This document shows, one piece after another, positions 17,434-26,410 of a stretch of DNA of 39,905 nt (its first letter is position 1; every line of letters starts with the position of its first letter). The position numbers and the translations under genes are program-made. Under the pieces are notes generated by a model that was not told where the DNA came from, did not search any database, and saw nothing but the letters and a program-made list of their open reading frames with translations. The stretch comes from an uncultured Nitrososphaerota archaeon (lineage in GTDB: Archaea > Thermoproteota > EX4484-205 > DTQO01), in NCBI GenBank assembly GCA_964631995.1, contig CAZWAU010000037.1, positions 1-39,905 of the forward strand, in the 5' to 3' direction.

Positions 17434-18738
17434 ATGAAGCTAAATACAATGGGCGCTTTCGCATTCGCTATTTTGCTAATTCCCGCAGCGGTCATAGCCC
17501 TAAACCTGCCTAACTTGGCATACAATTCAGAAAAAGAAAGCGGACACATCAGCTTGGTCGTCTACCAGATCGGTCTCTCGCATGTAACGATGACAGTTCC
17601 AGTTGTCTTCTCCGATTCCATGGCGACGATCTCCATTCCTTCTTCGGCAATCCCCCAGACGATAAGAGTTATGGGTGTTGAAATTGAGTCGATGAGGTTG
17701 AGGCAGAATGTGCCCCAATCGCTCCTAGTCAAGGGCGACAGCGTCGTTGTCCACACACAATCAGCATCTTACATTGGGACTTACGAAGGAATAAAGGACA
17801 ATTACCTTGTAATATTGCAAGAGGGAAAGTCGACGCTTGTTGACCTTAGCGCTATCACCGCCATAGAGGTCAGCAGGGCTGTTGCAATGGAAACGCAGTA
17901 TGGCACCATAACGCTCGAGATAAAGGCCAATGTTTCAGGCCTGCAGACCCTGAATGTTTCATTCCTGTCAAGGGCGACGAGCTGGAAACCTTCGCACTTC
18001 CTAGACCTTGAAGGTGGCAAGATTCAGACATGGGCAATCGTTGAAAGCAGCGAAAACTGGACGGACGTATCTTTGACGCTCGTAGTTGGCCAGCCCCATA
18101 TCGTTTTTGAAGGGCCAATATATGCTTACGATGGCGCTGCCTTCGCAAAGTCCAGAGAATTCAGCGTGATGGGCCTAGAGGAGTACCACGCATACAAGTA
18201 CGACAAGCCATTCACGATCTCTTCAGGTGAGACGGCGATGGTCCTGCTTTTGTCAGGAACATTGAAGGTAGAAGAGGAATACTTCTGGGCAGGAGATTAC
18301 TACCAAAGCTCCTCAACACCGGTCGAGTACGTCAACATCACTAACACTATGGACGAGCCGATACCGGAAGGAAGCATCCAGTTCTACAGGGGCAACGAGT
18401 GGGTTGGCAATGATGTGGTTCCATACGTTGCAGTAAACTCGACAGCAAAGATGATGGTTGCATATGCACACGATTTGAAGGTTGAGCAGAAGACTGTGAA
18501 GATCGAGCACCTCTCAGGCGTCGATAAGGTAACGGTCCAGGTGAAGGTCATGAACTACAAGGAAGAAGGAATCTCGATTACAATCCAGCAGACGATCCCG
18601 TACAGAGCAACGCTTGAGCTTGCAAACCCAACACCAAGGCAGGAAGGTCAGGTACTGACCTGGACCGAATCGCTCGGTCCGGGAGAGTATGAGATCATCA
18701 CATACACCTACAGCATTCCTGTAGAGAAAGCGCTCTAG
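17434..18738 (+). CDS. Secreted DUF4139-like protein
   Basis: Signal/anchor MGAFAFAILLIPAAVIA. The central pattern ATSWKPSHFLDLEGGKIQTWAIVESSENWTDVSLTLVVGQP resembles the DUF4139 signature (W.P.Y ... A.v.N.tgedW.dV.l.LvaG.P). Confidence 0.55.
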   Translation: MKLNTMGAFAFAILLIPAAVIALNLPNLAYNSEKESGHISLVVYQIGLSHVTMTVPVVFSDSMATISIPSSAIPQTIRVMGVEIESMRLRQNVPQSLLVKGDSVVVHTQSASYIGTYEGIKDNYLVILQEGKSTLVDLSAITAIEVSRAVAMETQYGTITLEIKANVSGLQTLNVSFLSRATSWKPSHFLDLEGGKIQTWAIVESSENWTDVSLTLVVGQPHIVFEGPIYAYDGAAFAKSREFSVMGLEEYHAYKYDKPFTISSGETAMVLLLSGTLKVEEEYFWAGDYYQSSSTPVEYVNITNTMDEPIPEGSIQFYRGNEWVGNDVVPYVAVNSTAKMMVAYAHDLKVEQKTVKIEHLSGVDKVTVQVKVMNYKEEGISITIQQTIPYRATLELANPTPRQEGQVLTWTESLGPGEYEIITYTYSIPVEKAL

Positions 18739-19032
18739 CTAAAGCAGAGGTTCGGGGACCGATTCCTCGATCCCAGCCTCCCCCCTTTTTACCTATGCTG
18801 TTTCCTAATGTTTCGATATAGTTCCCGAAATTCGAATTTGATCATATTTTGGAATCCAAATGAATTCAGCCAACGCGCTAGAGAAATGCACTTTTCATCG
18901 CTCATGTGCTGCTCTGCTCTTTGCTCATCAATGGATGGAGCGAACCCAGCGATGGAAAGTTTCGTTCCCCTAGAGAACCCAAAGCTTGGAGAGACCCCTT
19001 TCTCCTGGCAGGGAGAGAAGATGATTCGAGTA

Positions 19033-19629
19033 CTAAACTTCATACCTCAGGGCTTCAGCCGGGTTGAGTTTTGCCGCTATGTAAGCTGGAACCACGGAAG
19101 CCAGAAAACTGAGCATTACGCTGATCAGTATGGCGTACGCGACCCAACGGAAGGATGCGAGCGCAGCTCCTATAACTTCAGGTCTTCCTTCGTTAATATA
19201 GAAGATCCCGAGCGCTGCTCCCCAACCGGTGACGGAGCCCAACAGCCCGCCTAGAAAACCTAGGACGCACGACTCGATTAGGAAAAGCTCCAGCACATGC
19301 CTGTCCATCGCGCCCAGGCACTTTATCGTTCCTATCTCCTTGTACCGCTCAGTTATGCTCATGAGCATCGAGTTGACGATTCCAACACCGCACACGAGAA
19401 GGGCAATGACAGCCATCCAAAGCTGGTAAGCTGGGAGGGCTTCTCCCTCCGAACCTGGGTTGAGAGCGATCGTAATATCTGCCATCGTCAGGAGGGCCAC
19501 CAAGAACGCTATCCCCAAAACGACGCTTACGACCGTGATCAGGGCTCTCGTGAATCTTCTCCTTATCGATTCGAGGCTGAACCTGAAGGCCTCGCTGAAA
19601 GGAAATGTTATCTCCTGCTTTTCGGACAT
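19033..19629 (-). CDS. Short FtsX/MacB-type ABC-transporter permease domain protein
   Basis: 198 aa, 4 TM helices, and an FtsX core (ITERYKEIGTIKCLGAMDRHVLELFLIES...SVVPAYIAAKLNPAEALRYE). The extracytoplasmic loop between TM1 and TM2 is only about 20 aa. No adjacent ATPase gene. Confidence 0.8.
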   Translation of the reverse strand: MSEKQEITFPFSEAFRFSLESIRRRFTRALITVVSVVLGIAFLVALLTMADITIALNPGSEGEALPAYQLWMAVIALLVCGVGIVNSMLMSITERYKEIGTIKCLGAMDRHVLELFLIESCVLGFLGGLLGSVTGWGAALGIFYINEGRPEVIGAALASFRWVAYAILISVMLSFLASVVPAYIAAKLNPAEALRYEV

Positions 19630-19805
19630 CTGGGTTGTTCCCCCGGTTCACCATCGGCCGATGCTTAAAATATTTGCGTTTCGGTTATCTAGGCAGGCAT
19701 TGTCTTTCGATCTTGGCCTAACGACCTGAATCTGCCTCTTTGCCAGTTTCTGGGGCGAAACCTTTTCTAGAAGAACCCTTCATAAGTTCTTTTTAATGGT
19801 GAATA

Positions 19806-20165
19806 GTGATTAGCACGACCATGAGGATGGGGCCTTTCGAGAGGAAGATTGGATTGGGTGCAGGCGCTAGGCGCAAGAACAGAACTAGGATAGAGATAGC
19901 TGCCTCGATGCTCGAGATCGCAAAGCAAGGCGTGAGGAAAACGCAGCTGATGTACATGGGAAACCTCAGCTTTGAGCTGCTCCAGAAGTACTTGGAATCG
20001 CTAATGAAGGCGGATCTGATAGCGCTTCAGCAGGAAGGAAACCAGAATGTCTACAGGACTACGCAAAGGGGGCTCCAGTTCCTCAGAGATTACCAAGATC
20101 TCCAGAAACATGCTGCAGCGCTTGCTTCCAAGAAGAGCATGCTTGAGAAGTTTCTTAGCAAATGA
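19806..20165 (+). CDS. Small winged-helix DNA-binding protein (paralog of 4144-4443)
   Basis: NRTRIEIAASMLEIAKQGVRKTQLMYMGNLSFELLQKYLESLMKADLI...TQRGLQFLRDY shows the same architecture as the 99-aa wHTH protein. Confidence 0.65.
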   Translation: MISTTMRMGPFERKIGLGAGARRKNRTRIEIAASMLEIAKQGVRKTQLMYMGNLSFELLQKYLESLMKADLIALQQEGNQNVYRTTQRGLQFLRDYQDLQKHAAALASKKSMLEKFLSK

Positions 20166-20205
20166 AAACCTGAAGCAAATTTTGAGTTCCAAGATTGTCC
20201 GTAGA

Positions 20206-20889
20206 TCAGGCTTTAAGCTCCTCTACACCTCTATTGCTCGCGACATAGGCTAGGTCAGCTATGTTGCAGAAGATGCCAACCTCTACGACGCCTGGAATGA
20301 GCTTCAGCTCCTTCTCAAGTCTAGCTGGATAGCTTATCGCGCCAAAATCGACATCCAGAATGAAGTTCCCATTATCTGTGACGACAGGCCCGACCTTGCG
20401 CCCTCCTGTCCGAATCCTTCCGCGCCCTCCGATTTCACCAACCTTCCTGAGCAGGACAGTTGCTGCCATAGGCAAGACCTCGATCGGCACTGGGAAGCCA
20501 GCTCCAATGTTGTCGACCAGCTTTGATTCGTCAACAACTATGACAACGAATTTCGATGCAGAATCGATCACCTTCTCGCGTGCAAGGGCTCCTCCCCCTC
20601 CCTTTATCATCTCAAGCTTCCGATTTATCTGGTCGGCCCCGTCAACGGCAAGGTCAGGAGAGGTGCACTCTTCAAGCGAAATTACTTTGAGTCCATTCTC
20701 GATGGCCAAGTAGTAAGCCTCGTAAGAGGATGGGACCACCTCGATGTCTAGGTTTTTAGATCTTGCCTCCTGGCCCAGCATCTTGGTGAATATTGCCATC
20801 GTGCTTCCCGAACCCAAGCCGATGACCTGACCAGATGAAACATGCTTCAGGGCTGCCCTGCAGGCAGCAGCCTTCAGTTCCTCGTTCAA
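20206..20889 (-). CDS. rpiA: Ribose-5-phosphate isomerase A
   Basis: GLGSGSTMAIF, VDGADQI and KGGGGALAREKV motifs. 227 aa. 4-nt overlap with the upstream gene. Confidence 0.9.
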   Translation of the reverse strand: MNEELKAAACRAALKHVSSGQVIGLGSGSTMAIFTKMLGQEARSKNLDIEVVPSSYEAYYLAIENGLKVISLEECTSPDLAVDGADQINRKLEMIKGGGGALAREKVIDSASKFVVIVVDESKLVDNIGAGFPVPIEVLPMAATVLLRKVGEIGGRGRIRTGGRKVGPVVTDNGNFILDVDFGAISYPARLEKELKLIPGVVEVGIFCNIADLAYVASNRGVEELKA

Positions 20890-22103
20890 CTCGTGCCCTC
20901 TATTCTCGGGTATAGTTGGGAATCGAAATACACGAACCTGCTTCCATTGCTTATGCTCAACCTTGCTCCTTCGATTATGGCAGTTCCCACTAGGGCCTGT
21001 GATGGGAGAGCGCGCACAGCCTCAAGTTTTGATACGATCTCCCTCCTCTTTAACGCAGCATCTTCCGAGCTCATGCCCCTGACAGCTTCGTTTATCCTGC
21101 TTATGTCGTCAAGGCCCTGGGCGATGCTGTCGTAACCGTAGCCAACATACTCGATCCCACCTTCCCAGTCGAAACTGTCGTATGGCTTGAAGAAGTTTGG
21201 GTTATAGTGCTCAAATCCGTGCTTCTGCGTCAGGAAGTAAAGGTTCCTGTTCTTGTGGTCAGCCCAATACTCCCCCTCGGTCCCGCTCAGCTGGAGCCCT
21301 TGGTTCGTTAGGGCTGTGTTGAACTCGGAACACACCCAGCTAGTCTGGATGAAGAGCACAGATCCGTCGGACCACTCTATCGTTGCCTGGATAGCATCGA
21401 ATGCATCCTTGCCGTGCTTCGGTAGAAACTTCTTCTGACCGAATGCGACAAGCCTCCTGGGCTTTAGGCCTGTGATGAAGAAGTAAGCATCCGCGTAGTG
21501 GATGCCAATGTATTCGAACGGTGAACTTTTCTCACACCATCGCTCGAATACCTTAAGTGGCATCTCGCGTTTCTCCTCTATCCAGGCATGCCCGTGAAGC
21601 ATCTCCCCCAACTCCCCCCTGCCGTACTTGAACTTGGCAGCCCTTATCGCCCTGTCGTGGCGCTTATGGTAATCGGTTAACACGTAGATTCCCTTCTCCC
21701 TCGAAGCATCCATTATGCTGTGCGCTTCAGAAACCTTGAGGCAGAGCGGCTTCTCAACTATCATGTGGTGCCCTGCAGCGATCGCATCCATAATGACGGG
21801 CGTGTGCAGGTGATCTGGCGTAGCAACAACCACAGCCCCCTCCTCCGGTAGCTCGGACAATGCCTTCATATATGCCTCTGGATCGCTCCTTCCCGGCCCG
21901 AACTTGTCTGGATCTGGATATCCCTTGAACTCCTCACCAGGGAAGCGCTCCCTCAGCGCTATGATAGTGTCGGACCTTCTGCTTGCTACGTATATCTCTC
22001 CGACATGCCCCCTTCTCCTCTCCTGGAAGAGCGTTGGAAGTATAACATCTTGACTTATCATTCCACCGCCCACGAGGAGAACCGGCAGCCTGCTGGATTT
22101 CAT
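20886..22103 (-). CDS. Gfo/Idh/MocA-like oxidoreductase (long form)
   Basis: VLLVGGGMISQDV Rossmann start, ATPDHLHTPV, MIVEKPLCL (EKP motif). 405 aa. Translationally coupled to the aminotransferase upstream. Confidence 0.75.
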   Translation of the reverse strand: MKSSRLPVLLVGGGMISQDVILPTLFQERRRGHVGEIYVASRRSDTIIALRERFPGEEFKGYPDPDKFGPGRSDPEAYMKALSELPEEGAVVVATPDHLHTPVIMDAIAAGHHMIVEKPLCLKVSEAHSIMDASREKGIYVLTDYHKRHDRAIRAAKFKYGRGELGEMLHGHAWIEEKREMPLKVFERWCEKSSPFEYIGIHYADAYFFITGLKPRRLVAFGQKKFLPKHGKDAFDAIQATIEWSDGSVLFIQTSWVCSEFNTALTNQGLQLSGTEGEYWADHKNRNLYFLTQKHGFEHYNPNFFKPYDSFDWEGGIEYVGYGYDSIAQGLDDISRINEAVRGMSSEDAALKRREIVSKLEAVRALPSQALVGTAIIEGARLSISNGSRFVYFDSQLYPRIEGTS

Positions 22104-23470
22104 TATGATTCCCTCATTGCCTCCTCTAGTGCTTCGATGCCATCGATAACAGCGCTTTCATTAATATTTAACGGAGGACATATCTTGATCGTTGCACCAC
22201 CATATCCGACGGGAGAAAAGAACAGCAATCCCTTTTCCATCGATCTCTCAACGATCTTGAAGGCCCTTTCCTTGTATGGTTCATAGCCATCTTCCTTAAC
22301 GATGTGCAAACCTGCTACAAGTCCCTTGCCGTGTACAGCTCCTATGAAATCGTGTCTCTCCCTAATCTCCCGCAGCTCTTTGTGGAGAATTTCCCCAACC
22401 CTTCTCGAATTCTCCACCAGCCCCTCCCTTTCGATAAGCTCGATGCTTGAAAGTGCTGCTGCTGCGCAAACAGGATTGCCCGTGTGGGTGCTCGTCATCT
22501 CGCCAGGGCCATATAGATCCATCAGCTCTTTCCTCCCAATCACGGCCGACATTGGCAAGGAGCTCGTTATGCCCTTTCCGCAGCACATAATGTCTGGCGT
22601 GACGCCGAAGTGCTCGAAGCCGAAGAGCTTGCCCGTCCTGCCAAATCCAGCCTGGACCTCATCGAAGATCAGGACCACTTCGTTCCTCCTACACCATTCC
22701 GAAAGCTCCTGCACATACTCCTTTGGCGGGAAGCTGGCTCCGCCCCCGAGGTATGACTCCATGAGAACGCATGCGATGTCCGACCCATCTATGCCAAGTT
22801 TTCTTAAAGTTTCTAGGAAAAGGCTGAAGCTCTGGTCCTTGCACCTGAAGCCATCAGGAAATGGGACTTGGTAGAAGCCCGGGGGAAAAGCACCAATCCA
22901 ATCCTTCAGATGGGGAATGCCTCCTGCCATCTGCGCTCCAAGCGTCCTTCCGTGGAATGCATTCGTGAAACTTACAACGCCAATCTTTTTCTGGCTCCTC
23001 CTCCTACCGTATGTGCGGGCAAGCTTTATCGCGTTCTCGATCGTCTCCGAACCGGTTGTCAAGAGGAATACCTTGTCAAGCCCCTTGGGCGAGATCTGCA
23101 CAAGCTTCTCAACAAGCTTGGCCCTCACCTCACTCGGGAAGCAGTAGTTGTGAAGCAAACCGTGTTCAACCTGCTCCACGATCGAGCGCCTGACCTCATC
23201 CCTTCCATGTCCGCAGTTAGCAACGAGGACGCCAGAACTCCAGTCGAGCCACATGTTCCCCCACCTGTCAAAGACCTGAAATCCTTCAGCTCTATCCCAA
23301 ACGACAGGAGGCTGTCCCGTCATCGAGATGGGTTCGCACCTTTTCAAGACATCGAGTATGGGGATCGATTCCGGAACTGGGATCTTGGTGACGATCCTCC
23401 TGAACTTTGTATTTACTTTCGGCACATCCCTTGGAACCATGTTGTACGAATATGCGGGCATGCTGCACAA
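22103..23470 (-). CDS. Class III (acetylornithine/GABA-type) PLP-dependent aminotransferase
   Basis: LDWSSGVLVANCGHG, TGSETIENAIKLAR, DEVQAGFGRTGKLFGFEH, and PLP-lysine context CCGKGITSS. 455 aa. Confidence 0.9.
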   Translation of the reverse strand: MCSMPAYSYNMVPRDVPKVNTKFRRIVTKIPVPESIPILDVLKRCEPISMTGQPPVVWDRAEGFQVFDRWGNMWLDWSSGVLVANCGHGRDEVRRSIVEQVEHGLLHNYCFPSEVRAKLVEKLVQISPKGLDKVFLLTTGSETIENAIKLARTYGRRRSQKKIGVVSFTNAFHGRTLGAQMAGGIPHLKDWIGAFPPGFYQVPFPDGFRCKDQSFSLFLETLRKLGIDGSDIACVLMESYLGGGASFPPKEYVQELSEWCRRNEVVLIFDEVQAGFGRTGKLFGFEHFGVTPDIMCCGKGITSSLPMSAVIGRKELMDLYGPGEMTSTHTGNPVCAAAALSSIELIEREGLVENSRRVGEILHKELREIRERHDFIGAVHGKGLVAGLHIVKEDGYEPYKERAFKIVERSMEKGLLFFSPVGYGGATIKICPPLNINESAVIDGIEALEEAMRES

Positions 23471-23525
23471 ACGGACAAGATGTCCTATTTAAGCAGCTTC
23501 TCGTTGGAAATTTTCTTGACCAGCC

Positions 23526-24263
23526 TCAATCCCTGTTCCTCTCCATCTGTTCGAGTTCTTGGAGGAGATTTTCGACATCTTCCCTTATGCGGGAGAGCTC
23601 ATCCTCGACACCCTGTTCATTCGGTTTCTCCTCTATACTGCCAGCCCTCTTCGTTGGCTGCTCTTTAATCGCCGAGATATCTGTTGGTTTTCGGACCCTA
23701 GATTCTAGAGGCGTTATTACCTCGGCAGGTGATTGGACTTTTTCAGGTACCTCAGCGGCTTGCATAGGAAGTATCGGCACATCAATCATCTTCTTGCTAA
23801 CTGCCTGGTCGAACCCAAGCTTCCTTCTAATCGCCATTATGGTTTCATTCAGTTCCGAGATCTTTTCAGCGAATGCACCTGCCATTCTCTCCCTTATCTC
23901 CTCAAGTTCGAAAAGCTCCACGACAAGCCTCTTTCCGATAAGCTCGCGGTCAAGTTGGCGGATCTCTTCCGCGTGTTTTTTAGATAAAGCTTCGAACTCT
24001 TCGTCGTTGATTAGCCCCTGGCTATGGGAGTGCCTGAGCCTCTCTACCAGAGACTTGAGCGCTTCGATCCTAACTTCCAAGATACGAAGCTCGTCCCTGC
24101 GCGCCCTTGCCATCTCCTCAGAAACCGACCTGTCGAGCACAAGTGGATCGATCGTCGTTTTGACGCGCCTCTTGGCTTTGAAGATCGATATCGAAAGGAG
24201 GGTGGCCGAGAAAAACGGCAATACGAGAGGCAGCGGTACCGATGCCATCTTGAACGTAAGCAT
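23526..24263 (-). CDS. N-terminally membrane-anchored coiled-coil protein, function unknown
   Basis: One hydrophobic helix (VPLPLVLPFFSATLLSISIF), then long heptad-like charged segments and an acidic tail. No motif recognised. Confidence 0.5.
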   Translation of the reverse strand: MLTFKMASVPLPLVLPFFSATLLSISIFKAKRRVKTTIDPLVLDRSVSEEMARARRDELRILEVRIEALKSLVERLRHSHSQGLINDEEFEALSKKHAEEIRQLDRELIGKRLVVELFELEEIRERMAGAFAEKISELNETIMAIRRKLGFDQAVSKKMIDVPILPMQAAEVPEKVQSPAEVITPLESRVRKPTDISAIKEQPTKRAGSIEEKPNEQGVEDELSRIREDVENLLQELEQMERNRD

Positions 24264-24360
24264 ATGTGGACCTCGATATACGCGTTTCCGGGAGAGCTTC
24301 GTTTGCCTGGGTGCGTAAAAAGCTTTTTGAATACAGTAATGGACCTTCGCAAATCAAACC

Positions 24361-25461
24361 ATGCGCCGCAGAATCAAGAAGATATTCGAAAATGTTGAAA
24401 AGGATCTAGATGCCATTTTGCTCAAGAACTCTTCAGAGCCCTATGTGGATGCCAACTTCTTCTACGTTACTGGCCTGAGTAGCGGCCTGTTCGAAGAATC
24501 GATCGCGATATTATATCCAGACTTTAGTTTAGAAGTTTTGACAACGCAGCTGGAGGAGGAGAGCGCCCGAAGGGGGAGGGAGATGACAGTTACGGTCTTC
24601 AAGGACAAATCTGACCAGTTTAGCATCCTGAGGGAGAAGCTCAAGCTTGCAAAGCGCGTTGGCATCAACATGCACGGCCTCGTGAGCAGCGATCTCGAAG
24701 CGCTCAAGTCGAACTTCCCAGGCATCGAGTTCAAGGATGTTTCTGAGGCGCTTGGAAAGGCAAGGTTGGTCAAAGATGCGGACGAGATCGAGCTTTTGAT
24801 AAAGGCAGCCAGAATTGCGCTGGAAGCTTCTGAGTCTACGGTGCAGCTAGTTCGGAGGGGCAAGAGGGAGACTGAGGTTGCAGCCGAGTTGAACTACATC
24901 ATGCAGAAAAGGGGGGCGGCATCGCCTGCGTTCGAAACGATAGTTGCCTTCGGTAAAAATTCGGCCGAGGCCCACTACAGTCCGAGCGTAAAAAGAATCA
25001 GGAAGGGAGATATCGTGCTCACCGATTTTGGCGCAAAATACATGCGCTACTGCTCCGACATAACCAGAACTTATGTGTATGACAGAGCTTCCAGGCTCCA
25101 GAGCGAGATGTATGAAACTGTGATGAGAGCTAGGGAAGCTGGGCTTGAAGCGATCCGAGAAGGCGTTAATGGAAAGGATGTCCACAAGGCAGCCCAGGAC
25201 ATCATAGATGGCACGAAGTTCAAGGGCAAGTTCACTCACGGCCTGGGGCACAGCATCGGTCTCGAGGTCCACGATGGAGCGCGCATAGCAGCTACAGCAG
25301 ACATCATATTGCGCGAGGGAATGGTATTCACCATAGAACCTGGCATCTACATCTCAGGTTTCGGTGGTGTCAGGATAGAGGACGACATAATCGTAACGAA
25401 GAGAGGATACCGTTTTTTAAGCCCAACGTCTACCTCACGAGAAATCACAACTATAGCCTGA
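24361..25461 (+). CDS. M24B family Xaa-Pro dipeptidase / aminopeptidase P-like
   Basis: Metal-ligand contexts DFGAKYMRYCSDITRT, HGLGHSIGLEVHD and FTIEPGIY...GGVRIEDD. Confidence 0.9.
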   Translation: MRRRIKKIFENVEKDLDAILLKNSSEPYVDANFFYVTGLSSGLFEESIAILYPDFSLEVLTTQLEEESARRGREMTVTVFKDKSDQFSILREKLKLAKRVGINMHGLVSSDLEALKSNFPGIEFKDVSEALGKARLVKDADEIELLIKAARIALEASESTVQLVRRGKRETEVAAELNYIMQKRGAASPAFETIVAFGKNSAEAHYSPSVKRIRKGDIVLTDFGAKYMRYCSDITRTYVYDRASRLQSEMYETVMRAREAGLEAIREGVNGKDVHKAAQDIIDGTKFKGKFTHGLGHSIGLEVHDGARIAATADIILREGMVFTIEPGIYISGFGGVRIEDDIIVTKRGYRFLSPTSTSREITTIA

Positions 25462-26308
25462 GGATCTTGTAAGTTTCCTCCAGCGCCCTCCAGTAAGTGT
25501 CTGGACCACCGATATCGATATCGATCTCGTCTTTTCCAGATTTCACTGCGCAGACCTTCAAACCCCAATTGACCAAGTTCTGTATTCCGTCAGTTAATTG
25601 CCTCTCTCCTCCCTTCGATTTTTTCGTAACCTCTAGGGCCTTGAATATGGTTGGGTGGAAAACATATATCGGAATGACAGCAAGGTTCGAAGCCGGTTTC
25701 TCAGGCTTCTCAACAATCTCGTTGACCTTGAAGACTCCATCTGCTACCTCCGTGCCGCTTACGACCCCGTACTTCCTAGGATCATCAACCTCGTGCACGA
25801 TGAGGGCTGCATCGCATGAGAACTCCTCGTAAACCTTCGCCAACCTCTTCAGGTGGCTGGCTCCTTCCGAAAGTATAGAGGTGTCGCCCGCATTGACAAT
25901 GAACTCCTCGTTGCCCACGAACGGCTCAGCTCTCAGGACGGCATCGCCAAATCCCATGGGTTCGGGTTGATTAACCCATGTTATAGCAGAATTGTCGAGC
26001 TTCTGGTAAAAACTTTCAAGGCTTGTTGCCAGGTCATTCCTCCCGTGGCTCTTGAGCATCTCGACAAAACCATAATCTTGCGTGAAATGGTCCTCTATTG
26101 CCCTCTTTCCCCTTCCTACAACGAAGCAGAACTCGCGCAGCCCAAATTGGTATAGCTGCTCAAAGACAAGCTGGAGAAGCGGCTTGATGCATCCCTGTCC
26201 GTTCACATCCCTGTCGAACACAGGGAGCATCTCCTTCGGCATCTCCTTCGTGGTAGGCAGAAGCCTTGTGCCCAGGCCCGCAGCCGGAATGATGGCCTTT
26301 CTGATCAT
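25451..26308 (-). CDS. Sugar-1-phosphate nucleotidyltransferase, UTP-glucose-1-phosphate uridylyltransferase-like
   Basis: MIRKAIIPAAGLGTRLLPTTKEMPKEMLPV is the classic GalU/RmlA N-terminus. I chose the ATG at 26308. The ORF-track start at 26485 adds 59 non-conserved residues (alternative ATG at 26350). Confidence 0.85.
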   Translation of the reverse strand: MIRKAIIPAAGLGTRLLPTTKEMPKEMLPVFDRDVNGQGCIKPLLQLVFEQLYQFGLREFCFVVGRGKRAIEDHFTQDYGFVEMLKSHGRNDLATSLESFYQKLDNSAITWVNQPEPMGFGDAVLRAEPFVGNEEFIVNAGDTSILSEGASHLKRLAKVYEEFSCDAALIVHEVDDPRKYGVVSGTEVADGVFKVNEIVEKPEKPASNLAVIPIYVFHPTIFKALEVTKKSKGGERQLTDGIQNLVNWGLKVCAVKSGKDEIDIDIGGPDTYWRALEETYKILRL

Positions 26309-26410
26309 GTCAAAAGCTTGATCGCTGCTCTTCCTAAAATCTCTTGCCATACATTTCATCCATCCTCGTTTTTGCGAAACCTCTATATCGAGTCCGAAGG
26401 CATAATCGAA

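Noticed and set aside
18789-19254. ORFs 18789-19043 (minus strand, 84 aa) and 18808-19254 (plus strand, 148 aa).
   Set aside because: They overlap each other, and the plus-strand ORF is antisense to the well-supported FtsX gene. Their composition is not protein-like and no motifs are present. At most the 84-aa ORF could be a small protein, but there is no support for that.
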